NCBI GenBank assembly: GCA_016219225.1
Contig: JACRBX010000202.1
Location: 741 to 64,740, forward strand
Direction: 5' to 3'
From: Deltaproteobacteria bacterium
GTDB taxonomy: Bacteria > Desulfobacterota > RBG-13-43-22
DNA: 64,000 nt
Positions 1 through 9,401 of this stretch are shown one piece after another. Position numbers and translations under genes: made by a program. The notes beneath the pieces were generated by a model. That model was not told where the DNA came from. It made no database searches and worked only from the letters and a program-made list of their open reading frames with translations. How positions within the stretch are numbered: the first letter of the stretch is position 1; the number at the start of each line of letters is the position of its first letter.

Positions 1-400
1 TAATCCGTTTCTGGTTTCTAACTAAAATTCGACCGCCAATAATGAATAATCTAAAAAAACAAGATGATAGATATTTGAAGAAGGGAAAAGAGAGGGTATT
101 GATTAAAATGGTATCACCTTTGCATGAAAGTATTCTTAATAAAATTTCAAAAGGGAAACAGGCTTTCCCGGAACCGTTCCCTGGCAGTCTTCACCGGGGA
201 TAAAATCACGCTTTTCCAAAAAATGACCCTTCAGCAATCAACGATCGGAATAGAGTGATCTTAAAATGATAGACACAAATTCCATTTTTTCTCCACGAGT
301 TGGTTTTAAGGACTTAAAAAAAGGGGCTTACAGCCCGATTCCATTTCCCGTTTCTTGATCCACTTAAAAAGTAAATAAACAAAGTCGATAAATAAATTAT

Positions 401-449
401 TGACTTCTTTTTCAAAATTGATTATATCGGTCGCCAGTCGACAGTCTAC
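401..449 (+). promoter_or_regulatory. Putative sigma70-type promoter (TTGACT-17-TATATC) immediately followed by operator-like motif CAGTCGACAGTCTAC (435-449), 16 nt before the CoA-transferase start codon
   Basis: Read directly from the sequence. The 19-nt core tcgYcagtcgacagtctac plus an aaaaaag tail recurs at 17301-17326 (with a mismatch inserted before the tail) upstream of the second GntR gene. A GTCGACA core is also present in the palindrome at 9546-9557. Confidence 0.45.
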
Positions 450-464
450 AAAAAAGCATAAAGG

Positions 465-1667
465 ATGGCGAATATGACAAGGGCACTGGAAGGAATCAGG
501 GTTCTGGATCTGGGCAGCTATGTGGCCGCTCCCTATTGCTGTATGCTCCTGGCCGACCATGGGGCGGAGGTGATCCGGGCCGAACCGCCCGGGGGTAAGG
601 TGGACCGGGAGTTGGGGCCCTTTTCTTCGGAGGGCCAGCCTATCACCTATGGGTTGACCGTTCAGCGGAATAAAAAGAATATTACCCTGAATTTAAGATC
701 CGAAAGAGGAAAAGGTCTCCTCGAAGAGTTGGTTAAAAAAATGGATGTCCTCGTGCATAACTACCCCATGGGATCACAAGAGGCCGCCTTGCTCACCTAT
801 AAACGATTGAGCGGTATCAATCCGGCTCTGGTGGTGACGGCTATCTCTGGCTTCGGGCAAACCGGCCCTTATGCCGAACGGCTTTGTTTTGATTCCATTG
901 CCCAGGCCATGTCCGGCTATATGAGTTTCTCCGGTTATCCGGGATCCCCGCCGCTCAAGGCCTCCCTGCCATTTATAGATTACAATACGGCCGCCCGGGC
1001 CGCCCTGGGGACCATGCTGGCCCTCTTCGAGCGCAAAACCAGCGGGCAGGGGCAACTGGTGGATATCGCCCTCTTCGATGTAGCCTTTTCCATAACCGCC
1101 GCATCGGGCTGCGCCGCTGAATATAAGATGCTCGGGGAACTTCGAAAGCAAATCGGTAACTGCGGGTTTTATGCCTATGGCGGTAGTTGCCGGGCCAGGG
1201 ACGGTTACCTGATGATCAACATCATCGGCAACAATATCTGGCGTCGTATATGCCGGGTTATGGACCGGGAAGATTTGATTTCCGACCCCCGTTTTAAGGA
1301 TAACCTGAGCCGCTACCGGAACTATGAGTCGATCGATGTTATTTTAAACGAATGGATTAAAGAAAAGACCGTTGCCGAAGCCCGGCAGAACCTGGAAAAG
1401 GCCGGTGTCCCTTGCGGTCCGGTTAATGATGTTCCGGGGTCTCTGGAGGTGCCGCAGGTGGAAGCCCGGGAAATGCTGGTGGAAGTCGATTATCCGGGCA
1501 CTGGTAAGGTGCCGGTACCCGGGGTGGATATCAAGCTGTCGAGGACTCCCGGACAGGTGGCCAAACGGGCCTCTTTTCTGGGAGAGGACAACGAGGCCGT
1601 TTATTGCGGACTTCTCGGCTATAAGCCGGATGATCTCTTAAGGTTCGAACAGGAAAAAGCCATCTGA
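465..1667 (+). CDS. Family III CoA-transferase (CaiB/BaiF/formyl-CoA transferase type)
   Basis: N-terminal GIRVLDLGSYVAAPYCCMLLADHGAEVI motif typical of family III CoA-transferases, 400 aa. Paralog (about 75-80% identity by eye) of 33047..34204. Confidence 0.9.
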   Translation: MANMTRALEGIRVLDLGSYVAAPYCCMLLADHGAEVIRAEPPGGKVDRELGPFSSEGQPITYGLTVQRNKKNITLNLRSERGKGLLEELVKKMDVLVHNYPMGSQEAALLTYKRLSGINPALVVTAISGFGQTGPYAERLCFDSIAQAMSGYMSFSGYPGSPPLKASLPFIDYNTAARAALGTMLALFERKTSGQGQLVDIALFDVAFSITAASGCAAEYKMLGELRKQIGNCGFYAYGGSCRARDGYLMINIIGNNIWRRICRVMDREDLISDPRFKDNLSRYRNYESIDVILNEWIKEKTVAEARQNLEKAGVPCGPVNDVPGSLEVPQVEAREMLVEVDYPGTGKVPVPGVDIKLSRTPGQVAKRASFLGEDNEAVYCGLLGYKPDDLLRFEQEKAI

Positions 1668-1711
1668 ATTTATCTGTTGTGGGTTGAGCGTTAAGAAAAT
1701 AAGGAGGCATT

Positions 1712-2911
1712 ATGAAAAAGGGAAGAACTATTATTGGGTTACTGGGTATTTTTTTGTCAGTATTTCTTATCGGAACCCCCGACCTCATGGCCCAAAGCCC
1801 CAAGGGTTTAAAAATCGGGGTCTCAACCACTTTAACCGGGCCGGCCTCCTTTATAGGATGGCATGATAAAAATGGGGCCATCCTGACGGCCGAAGAGATT
1901 AACGAACGGGGAGGGGTCACCATAAAAGGGGAAAAGCATAAGGTCGAATTGGAAATATTTGATAACGAGACCAAGCCTGCTAAGGCCGTGGAAGGGATGC
2001 GTCTGTTTGCCGAGAAGGGCATCCATATCTCCCTCGGACCTCAATTGACCCCCATCACCCTGGCCTCCCTGAAATTCAACGAAGAGCTGAAGATCATCTT
2101 TGCTTCTTATAATACCACTCCTGAAGTCTTCGAACAGGGTAATAAGCTCCTCTTAAGCGCTACAGCCAACCAGAAATGGACCATGGGCTTGAGCACCTAT
2201 ACTGCCGCCAAAATATTGAAGGTGAAACGAGTGGCCCTTCTTCTGGATACCACCGGATTCGGGAGGTCGGTGGAGAAGCGCTTCAGCGAGTATTTTAAAA
2301 AATTCGGCGGAGAAGTGGTGGCCGTGGAGTGGTATGATATGGGTTCTACGGACTTCTATCCTCAGCTCACCCGGCTGAAGGCCAAAAATCCGGATGGAAT
2401 CCAAATCGGTGGGGCGGCAGCCGAGGTGGTAACCCTCATCCGTCAGGCCCGGGAGGTCCTGGGGAAAAAGATTTTGATCCTGGGATCGGATTATGTCAAG
2501 TTCGATCAATTGAAAAAAGCCGGCCTGGAGGTGTCTGAAAACACTTTAATCCCCCTCTCCGGGTTCCATATCATCGACAATAAGGCCCATAAGGAATTTG
2601 TCAAGAAATATAAAGACCGTTTTGGTTCCGAACCGGAGACCTATGCCGCATTAGTCCGTGACGAAATGCTTTATTTGACCCGGGCGGCGGAAATCGCCGG
2701 AACGGCCACGGATGCTTTTAAGATTCGAGAGGCCGTGGACAAGGCCATCGTCGAGCTGGATTCCCAGGGGAGGCTCATATCCGGGGCCCATGGCGGGTTT
2801 TTGCCCTCAGGGCTGGCCAAGAATTATTATATCAGCTCCAACCTGCTGCAGAACGGTAAACTGGTTCGTATCAAGACCATTTCCAGCCTGAAGGAAATCG
2901 GGGTGGAGTAG
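1712..2911 (+). CDS. ABC transporter periplasmic substrate-binding protein, LivK/type-I PBP family
   Basis: Signal peptide followed by a KIGVSTTLTGPASFIG...EINERGG motif. Gene order SBP-permease-permease-ATPase-ATPase. RBS AAGGAGG upstream. Confidence 0.9.
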   Translation: MKKGRTIIGLLGIFLSVFLIGTPDLMAQSPKGLKIGVSTTLTGPASFIGWHDKNGAILTAEEINERGGVTIKGEKHKVELEIFDNETKPAKAVEGMRLFAEKGIHISLGPQLTPITLASLKFNEELKIIFASYNTTPEVFEQGNKLLLSATANQKWTMGLSTYTAAKILKVKRVALLLDTTGFGRSVEKRFSEYFKKFGGEVVAVEWYDMGSTDFYPQLTRLKAKNPDGIQIGGAAAEVVTLIRQAREVLGKKILILGSDYVKFDQLKKAGLEVSENTLIPLSGFHIIDNKAHKEFVKKYKDRFGSEPETYAALVRDEMLYLTRAAEIAGTATDAFKIREAVDKAIVELDSQGRLISGAHGGFLPSGLAKNYYISSNLLQNGKLVRIKTISSLKEIGVE

Positions 2912-2918
2912 GGGCCAA

Positions 2919-3791
2919 ATGGGAACAGCCATCTTTCTGCAACAGGTGATCAACGGATTGGTGGTCGGGTCGATTTATGCCATGGTGGCCCTGGGTTTGA
3001 CCCTGATATTCGGCATCCTGCACATCGGCAATTTTGCCCATGGACAACTCTACATGCTCGGCGCCTTTGCCACCTATTGGATGGTCACGCTCTGGGGATG
3101 GAATATCTGGCTGGCTATGCTTGCGGCCATGGGACTCATGGCCCTTTTGGGCATCATTCTGGAGCGCATGGTCTTCCGGCCGGTCCATTCCGCCCCCCAT
3201 ATCAACGGGCTTATTGTCGCCCTGGGGCTCTTCATTGTCCTGGAGAATCTGGCTTTTATTCTCTGGGGCGGCGAAGAACGCATGTTGCCCTCACCCTATG
3301 CCACCAAAACAATTTCCTTCCTGAGCCTCACATTAACCATCCAGCGTCTCCTGGTCTTCATCGTAGCCGTTCTTTTGATCTTCTTACTTTACCTGTTTAT
3401 TCAGCGAACCAAAATGGGTAAGGCCATCCGGGCCGTGGCCCTGGATTCCGAGGTGGCTCGATTGATGGGTATCCCGATCCATCGTATCTCGGCTACGGTC
3501 TTTGCCGTCAGTTCGGCCCTGGCTGCGGCCGCCGGGGCCCTGGTCGGGCCGATTTTTTCGGTTTTTCCGGCCATGGGCTTGAGTCCTATCCTCAAGGCCT
3601 TTGTGGTGATCGTCATCGGAGGCATGGGTTCCATCCCGGGGGCGATTTTTGGCGGGTATGTTCTGGGCATAGCCGAAAGCCTGGGCGCCGGCTACCTTTC
3701 CTCCCAGTATAAAGACGGGTTCGCTTTTTTGGCTTTGATTGTGGTCCTGATGATTAAACCCACCGGGTTATTCGGAAAAAAAGAGGGATAA
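2919..3791 (+). CDS. ABC transporter permease, LivH-like
   Basis: Polytopic membrane protein with a conserved GYVLGIAESLG C-terminal LivH signature. Confidence 0.9.
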   Translation: MGTAIFLQQVINGLVVGSIYAMVALGLTLIFGILHIGNFAHGQLYMLGAFATYWMVTLWGWNIWLAMLAAMGLMALLGIILERMVFRPVHSAPHINGLIVALGLFIVLENLAFILWGGEERMLPSPYATKTISFLSLTLTIQRLLVFIVAVLLIFLLYLFIQRTKMGKAIRAVALDSEVARLMGIPIHRISATVFAVSSALAAAAGALVGPIFSVFPAMGLSPILKAFVVIVIGGMGSIPGAIFGGYVLGIAESLGAGYLSSQYKDGFAFLALIVVLMIKPTGLFGKKEG

Positions 3792-3799
3792 GGATTTTT

Positions 3800-4744
3800 A
3801 TGAAAAACAAGATCGGTTTGGTAACACTTCTGACGGCGCTGGTTATTTTACCTTTTTTCCTCTCCAAGACGCTGCTCCACCTGGCCGTTATCATCGAAAT
3901 TCATGCTATTCTGACCCTGAGCCTGTGCCTGGTGGTGGGCTATGTGGGACAACTTTCCCTCTGTCATGCCGGGTTCTATGGCATCGGGGCCTATACCTCG
4001 GCTCTGTTGACCTTTGCCCATTGGCCCTTCTGGATAACCCTGCCCCTATCCGGGGTCGTCAGCGGTCTCTTCGGCCTTTTCGTCGGCTTTCCTTCGCTCA
4101 AAACCAGGGGGATCTATTTTTCCATCACTACCATGTCCTTCGGGGTGCTTATCGCCATGGTGTTGAATAACTGGATCTCCCTGACCAACGGTCCGGACGG
4201 GTTATCGGGGATCAAAAGTCCGGAGCCCATCTCCCTTTTTAATGGGGCAGCCCTGTCTTTTAAGAATCCTATCCATTATTATTTTCTGGTGGGCTTTTTC
4301 CTGTTGTTTACCGTCCTGGTCATCAGTCGCCTTTTACGGTCCCGGGTCGGACGGGCCTTTATCGGGGTTCGGAACAACGAGACCCTGGCCTGGTCCCTAG
4401 GTATTAATTCGATGCGCTACAAATTGACTGCCTTTATTATCGCTGCTGTTTTTGCCGGATTGGCCGGAAGCCTGTATGCCCATTATCTGCGTTATATCTG
4501 CCCGAAGGATTTCGGACTTCACGAATCCTTCGACATGCTGGTCATGGTGGTGGTGGGTGGGGCCCAGACCCTTCTGGGGCCCATAGTCGGTGCCCTGTTT
4601 GTTCTGGGCCTGCCTAAATTTTTCGGATTTGAACCGGTCTACGGACGGGTGGCCTTCGGCATCATTCTGATTATGGTCATGATCTTCATGCCCCGGGGCA
4701 TCGTAGGAAAATGGCAGGAGTATTTTAAGTCATCCAGAGGATAA
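3800..4744 (+). CDS. ABC transporter permease, LivM-like
   Basis: Hydrophobic 314-aa protein with a LivM-type GQLSLCHAGFYGIGAY motif. Confidence 0.9.
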   Translation: MKNKIGLVTLLTALVILPFFLSKTLLHLAVIIEIHAILTLSLCLVVGYVGQLSLCHAGFYGIGAYTSALLTFAHWPFWITLPLSGVVSGLFGLFVGFPSLKTRGIYFSITTMSFGVLIAMVLNNWISLTNGPDGLSGIKSPEPISLFNGAALSFKNPIHYYFLVGFFLLFTVLVISRLLRSRVGRAFIGVRNNETLAWSLGINSMRYKLTAFIIAAVFAGLAGSLYAHYLRYICPKDFGLHESFDMLVMVVVGGAQTLLGPIVGALFVLGLPKFFGFEPVYGRVAFGIILIMVMIFMPRGIVGKWQEYFKSSRG

Positions 4745-4748
4745 TTAA

Positions 4749-5519
4749 ATGAACATCCTTGAAATGGAAGAGGTCTGTAAATCTTTCGGTGGATTAGCTG
4801 CCGTAACCAAACTGAATTTTTCCCTTTCCAGTCCTCAAGAAATTTTGGGCCTTATCGGGCCCAATGGGGCCGGTAAAACTACGGTCTTTAATCTGATTAC
4901 CGGGCTTCACCATCCCACGAACGGGAAGATCCGGTTCAAGGGGCAAGAGATCGGAGGGGAAAAACCCTACCGGATAGCCAGGCAGGGAATCTCCCGAACC
5001 TTCCAGACCACCTCCCTCTTTTTTGAGGAAACCGTTTTAACCAATATGTTGATTTCCCGGCATTGCCGCTTAAAATCAGGGCTTTGGGGGGCACTGGCTA
5101 TCCCAGGTGCGACGAGAGAAGAAGAGCGAAAAGCCTTTGAAAAGGCAGGAGAGATCCTGGAAGATACCGGCCTCGGGTCAAAGGCGAAAGATTATCCCCA
5201 TAATCTGACTAATGCCGAGCAGCGCATGCTGATGATTGCCATGGCCCTGGCCACGGACCCGGCCCTTATCCTTCTCGATGAACCTTTTGCCGGAATGAGG
5301 CACCATGAGACGGAAGTCCTTATGGAGTTGGTTCGAAAAATCAGCGGCTGGGGGATCGCCACGATTCTGATCGAGCACGACATGAAGGTGGTCATGAATA
5401 TCTGTGATCGCCTTGTGGTCTTGAATTTCGGGACAAAGATCGCTGAAGGCACACCTGACGAAATCAGGACCAACCCCCAGGTGGTCGAAGCCTACCTGGG
5501 CAGGAGAAGCCATGCTTAA
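4749..5519 (+). CDS. ABC transporter ATP-binding protein, LivG-like
   Basis: Walker A GPNGAGKTT and an LLDEP signature. C-terminal EAYLG. Confidence 0.9.
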   Translation: MNILEMEEVCKSFGGLAAVTKLNFSLSSPQEILGLIGPNGAGKTTVFNLITGLHHPTNGKIRFKGQEIGGEKPYRIARQGISRTFQTTSLFFEETVLTNMLISRHCRLKSGLWGALAIPGATREEERKAFEKAGEILEDTGLGSKAKDYPHNLTNAEQRMLMIAMALATDPALILLDEPFAGMRHHETEVLMELVRKISGWGIATILIEHDMKVVMNICDRLVVLNFGTKIAEGTPDEIRTNPQVVEAYLGRRSHA

Positions 5520-6216
5520 GATTAGAAGTCTATCCGTCCATTACAGCAATATCCAGGTCTTGAAAGAAGTATCCCTTGATATCGAGGCCGGGGAGATCGT
5601 CGCCTTCATCGGGGCCAATGGGGCGGGGAAAACAACCACCCTGAAGGGCATCTCGGGCCTGAAAGGGATCTCCTCCGGGACCATCGAATTCTTGGGACAG
5701 GAGATCAATAGCCTGTCGCCCGAAGCGATCGTCCGGAAAGGCATTGCCCACTGCCCGGAGGGAAGGCGGATTTTTTCCGAACTCACGGTGAAGGAAAATC
5801 TGGAGATAGGGGCCTATTGCCGGAATGACCGGGCCGGCGTTTCTCAGGATATGGAAGAGGTCATGTCTTTTTTCCCGATTCTCAAAGAGAAACAGGCCCA
5901 GTCCGGAGGGACCCTTTCCGGCGGCCAACAGCAGATGCTGGCCATCGCCCGGTCCCTGATGGCCCGCCCCAAACTTCTGATGCTCGACGAACCTTCTCTG
6001 GGACTGGGACCGATCATCGTGGATGAAATTTTTTCCATCATCCACCGGATCAGTCAGCAAGGAACCACCATTTTGCTTGTGGAGCAAAACGCCCGAATGG
6101 CCCTGGAATTGGCCCATAAGGCCTATGTCCTGGAAACGGGGGCCATAACGCTCCAGGGAAAGGCCTCCGAACTGATTGATAACGACCATGTCATCAAAGC
6201 CTACCTGGGGGGATGA
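5512..6216 (+). CDS. ABC transporter ATP-binding protein, LivF-like
   Basis: Walker A GANGAGKTT and an LSGGQQQMLAIAR signature. Overlaps the upstream ATPase gene, consistent with one operon. Confidence 0.9.
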   Translation: MLKIRSLSVHYSNIQVLKEVSLDIEAGEIVAFIGANGAGKTTTLKGISGLKGISSGTIEFLGQEINSLSPEAIVRKGIAHCPEGRRIFSELTVKENLEIGAYCRNDRAGVSQDMEEVMSFFPILKEKQAQSGGTLSGGQQQMLAIARSLMARPKLLMLDEPSLGLGPIIVDEIFSIIHRISQQGTTILLVEQNARMALELAHKAYVLETGAITLQGKASELIDNDHVIKAYLGG

Positions 6217-6345
6217 AACGAAGGGAAAGGCTGTTGCGGGTTAAGAAATCAAAACCATTTCACACCCAACGTACAACACGCAACTCGATAATTTAGGAAT
6301 TTGCATTTGGACACAGATGAACACAGATTACCAGGATTTAACTTG

Positions 6346-6464
6346 AAAAAAGTTTCAAGTTTCAAGTGGCAAGATTCAGGTTGCAGGTTTTCGCTTTGAG
6401 CTTTCAGCTTTGAGCTTATTTCTTGAACCTGCGGGTATCGACGAAAATCTGCGTCCTAATTTAT
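6346..6464. repeat. Interspersed repeat family A, copy 1: CAAG-rich tandem 8-mers followed by the conserved block ttttcgctttgagcttatttcttgaacctgcgg-tatcgRcgaaaatcKgcgtcYtaattta
   Basis: Near-identical copies at 13089..13185 and (5' part only) 63749..63840. Copy 1 carries an internal 13-nt duplication (tcagctttgagct). Confidence 0.8.
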
Positions 6465-6516
6465 AATGGGTTACAGAGATATTTTAACTGTCTATGGTTT
6501 CATTGAAGAGGATTGC

Positions 6517-7728
6517 ATGGTTGATCAAGGGCTAACCGGCATTAAAGTACTCGATCTCACCTGGCACATTGCCGGACCTTATTGTACTAAATACATGGCC
6601 GATTCCGGGGCCGACGTCATCAAGTTGGAACGGCCGGGTTCCGGAGACCCGGCCAGGAACCTGCCCCCGTTTTTTAAGGATGATCCGCATCCCGAGAAAA
6701 GCGGTTTGTTTTTGCATCTGAACACCAATAAACGGGGCATCACACTCAACCTGAAGACGGAGACGGGCCGGACCATTTTCAAGGAACTGGTTAAGGATTC
6801 GGACCTGCTGGTGGAAAGCTTCCGTCCCCATGTCATGCCGGACCTGGGACTCGGTTATGAGGTGTTGGAAAAATTAAATCCCAGGCTGATTATGGTTTCC
6901 ATCTCCAGTTTCGGACAGACCGGACCGTATAAAGAGTTCAAGGCCACGGACATGATTATCTATGGCATGGGCGGGGCCATGTTCTGGACCGGTCTTCCGG
7001 AACGGGAGCCTTTGCGCCTCGGGGGTACGGTGACCTCCTGTCAGGTGGGGGTCATGGCGGCCACGGCCGCCATGCTGGCCCTTTATGGGGCGGAAAAAAG
7101 GGGCTATGGAGAGCATATTGATGTCTCGGCTTATGAGGTAACCCGGGGGGACATCGACCGGGCCTCAACGGACCTGACGGCTTATCAGTATTGCGGCGAC
7201 TATGATGAGAGGCAGGCCTCCGGAACCATTCAGTATCCCTATGGCGTCTATCCCTGCAAGGACGGCTTTTTTGATCTGGCCGGAGGCGGCGTGGTCTTCT
7301 TTCCCAGGGTAGCCCGTATGCTGGGACGGCCCGAACTTACCCGGGATTATGGCACGGCCGAAGCCCAGGCGGACGGGCAGCGCAAAGAGGAGTTCCTTTC
7401 AAGTATCTTCCAGCCCTGGTTGATGGAGCGCACCCGGAATGAATTATGGGCAGCGGCCCAAAAGGCCAATATCCTGAGCGGCCCCATTTTTAATTCTGAG
7501 GATCTCCTGGAAGACCCGCACTACCGGAAGAGAAATTATTGGCAGGAGATAGAGCACCCTGTAACCGGCAAGCTCCTTTATCCGGGGGCCCCTTACCGTG
7601 CTGAAGGGATGGCCTGGGATATTAGAAGTCCGGCGCCGCTTCTCGGCCAGCATAACGGGGAAGTCTTCGGAGCCATGGGGTATTCGGAAGAGGAAATAAC
7701 GAAGCTTAAAGAGGATGGGGTCATTTAG
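6517..7728 (+). CDS. Family III CoA-transferase
   Basis: GIKVLDLTWHIAGPYCTKYMADSGADVIKLE motif. Start chosen at ATG 6517 because a GAAGAGGA RBS sits 5 nt upstream. The ORF track start at 6466 has no RBS. Confidence 0.85.
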   Translation: MVDQGLTGIKVLDLTWHIAGPYCTKYMADSGADVIKLERPGSGDPARNLPPFFKDDPHPEKSGLFLHLNTNKRGITLNLKTETGRTIFKELVKDSDLLVESFRPHVMPDLGLGYEVLEKLNPRLIMVSISSFGQTGPYKEFKATDMIIYGMGGAMFWTGLPEREPLRLGGTVTSCQVGVMAATAAMLALYGAEKRGYGEHIDVSAYEVTRGDIDRASTDLTAYQYCGDYDERQASGTIQYPYGVYPCKDGFFDLAGGGVVFFPRVARMLGRPELTRDYGTAEAQADGQRKEEFLSSIFQPWLMERTRNELWAAAQKANILSGPIFNSEDLLEDPHYRKRNYWQEIEHPVTGKLLYPGAPYRAEGMAWDIRSPAPLLGQHNGEVFGAMGYSEEEITKLKEDGVI

Positions 7729-7742
7729 ACAGTATTTTGGAA

Positions 7743-7768
7743 ACAGCCGAGGGCGGCTGTTCTACATT
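7743..7768 (+). terminator. Putative intrinsic terminator after the CoA-transferase gene (ACAGCCG-aggg-CGGCTGT hairpin followed by tctacatt)
   Basis: 7-bp GC-rich stem 15 nt after the stop codon. The following T-tract is weak. Confidence 0.35.
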
Positions 7769-7790
7769 AAAAAATTCTATATTCGCACTA

Positions 7791-7935
7791 AGCCCTCATG
7801 TCCGCGTGAGCACCACGAAGCATGAAAAAACCGAATTTTTAATTTCGAATAATGAATATCGAAGGAGAGTTTCTTTAAAATTCCGAAATCCGAAATCCGA
7901 AATCGAAAATCGGATTCAATTTTCGAACTAAGGAG
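7791..7935 (+). repeat. Composite interspersed element: family E hairpin unit (agccctcatg..caccacgaagcatgaaaa), then a family D unit (cgaataatgaatatcgaag), then gagtttctttaaaattccgaaatccgaaatccgaaatcgaaaatcggattcaattttcgaactaaggag, ending at the RBS of the next gene
   Basis: A second copy of the about 100-nt distal part lies at 55190..55290, again ending in an RBS before an unrelated gene. Confidence 0.8.
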
Positions 7936-7943
7936 ATTATATA

Positions 7944-9257
7944 ATGGAGGGGTTGTATCTTGAAGGAATAAGGGTGGTGGATATCACCGTGGTCTGGGCC
8001 GGACCCTATGCGACGCAGATTCTGGCCGACTGGGGGGCGGAGGTCATTCGGATAGAGTCCTGTCAGCACTGGATGGTCCATACCCGGGGCACCCAGGCCA
8101 GGCCGCCGCAGGATACCATAAACCGCCAAACCTCTTTGCCCTGGTATCGGGGATATCCGGGATGGAAGGCCCACCCCAGGTCCTGGAACCGATTTCCCTG
8201 GTTCAATACCCATGCCAGAAATAAGCTTTCCATGACAGTGGATCTAAGCCGGCCGGAAGGGATGGATATATTCTGGAGGTTGATCGGGGAAGCGGATATT
8301 TTTATAGAAAACAACTCACCGGATACCCTGGATAAAATGGGCATTACCTATGAAAAGCTCCAGGAACAGAAACCGGATATCATCATGATCCGGATGCCCG
8401 GCTGGGCCCTGAGCGGGCCCTACCGGAATTATCGGGCCTTCGGATCGCACATGGAACATACCTGCGGTCATAGCGCTATTCGGGGCTACAGGGATTTGCC
8501 ACCCACCTCGCTGACCAGTGCCTTTCACTGCGATGCGGTTTCCGGGGGCACCGCTGCCTTTGCCGCGGTGATGGCCCTGCGTCAAAGGGATCGCACCGGA
8601 AAGGGGCAGCTTATCGAGATACCCCAGATTGAAAGCATGATTCCTCAAATGGGGCAGTCTATCATGGATTACACCATGAACGGCCGGGTGCAGCAGACGG
8701 TCGGAAACTGGGACCCCTCGCTGGCCACGGCCCCCCATAATTGTTACCGCTGCCAGGGGGATGACCGCTGGATCAATATCACCGTCACCTCGGAAAAGGA
8801 ATGGCAGGCCCTTTGCCGGATTATGGAGGATCCTCCCTGGACCCGGGAGGATCGCTTTGCCGATGCCCAAAGTCGTGTCAAAAATCAGGAGGCCCTGGAC
8901 GGGTTGGTGGAAGAATGGACGATCCGGCAGGATCCTATAATGCTGATGCACCGGCTTCAGGCAGCCGGGGTCCCGGCCGGTGCGGTCTTCAATGCCGAAG
9001 ATGCCTATAAGGATCCCCAGCTTGATGAGCGGGGTTTTTTCCAGCCCTTGACCCAGGAAGACTGCGGCACCCATCTCTATCACGGACTCGACTGGAAGGC
9101 CTCCAAAACGCCCAATGCCTTGCGCTTGCCCCCATGCCGGCTGGGAGAGCACAACGAATATGTCTACAAAAAGGTCATCGGCGTCTCGGACGAGGAATAC
9201 GCCCGGTTGGAAGAGGAAGGCCATATCGGGATGGATTTCATCCCATCCATTCCCTGA
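7944..9257 (+). CDS. Family III CoA-transferase
   Basis: GIRVVDITVVWAGPYATQILADWGAEVIRIE motif. AAGGAG RBS. It is adjacent to another family III member and so may be a heterodimer partner. Confidence 0.85.
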   Translation: MEGLYLEGIRVVDITVVWAGPYATQILADWGAEVIRIESCQHWMVHTRGTQARPPQDTINRQTSLPWYRGYPGWKAHPRSWNRFPWFNTHARNKLSMTVDLSRPEGMDIFWRLIGEADIFIENNSPDTLDKMGITYEKLQEQKPDIIMIRMPGWALSGPYRNYRAFGSHMEHTCGHSAIRGYRDLPPTSLTSAFHCDAVSGGTAAFAAVMALRQRDRTGKGQLIEIPQIESMIPQMGQSIMDYTMNGRVQQTVGNWDPSLATAPHNCYRCQGDDRWINITVTSEKEWQALCRIMEDPPWTREDRFADAQSRVKNQEALDGLVEEWTIRQDPIMLMHRLQAAGVPAGAVFNAEDAYKDPQLDERGFFQPLTQEDCGTHLYHGLDWKASKTPNALRLPPCRLGEHNEYVYKKVIGVSDEEYARLEEEGHIGMDFIPSIP

Positions 9258-9280
9258 CCGGAAAGTTAAAAAAACAGCAT

Positions 9281-9331
9281 TCGGGGATCGGGGGTCGGGG
9301 GTCGGGGATCAGGGATCAGGGATCGGGGATC
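9281..9331. repeat. Tandem short-period repeat (tcggggatc / gggggtc / agggatc units)
   Basis: Seen directly in the sequence. G-rich 7-9-mers in tandem. Confidence 0.7.
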
Positions 9332-9401
9332 TGTTGAAGGAAAGTTTCAGGGTTCAAGTTGCAAGTGGGACTTGACAACCCTGTGAAAAGTCCCCAATGC
9401 C

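Noticed and set aside
323-337. Hairpin GGGC-ttaca-GCCC with a flanking A7 run (possible minus-strand terminator)
   Set aside because: Only a 4-bp stem, and there is no minus-strand gene to terminate within the visible sequence.
7737-7931. Small + strand ORFs 7737..7931, 9115..9375 and 9134..9337
   Set aside because: They are entirely composed of interspersed and tandem repeat sequence. Their translations are repeat-encoded low-complexity peptides with no RBS.
8316-9224. Long minus-strand ORFs in the track (8316..9224, 13645..14661, 19245..20030, 21626..22405, 22137..22994, 27054..27680, 31158..31754, 33293..34030, 35726..36373, 40994..41479, 44516..45109, 45886..46437, 51476..52203, 53759..54400, 60396..60941)
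   Set aside because: Each lies antisense to, and fully inside, a strongly supported + strand gene with clear family motifs and an RBS. Their translations are low-complexity and Arg/Gly/Pro-rich, typical of shadow ORFs in about 55-60% GC DNA.
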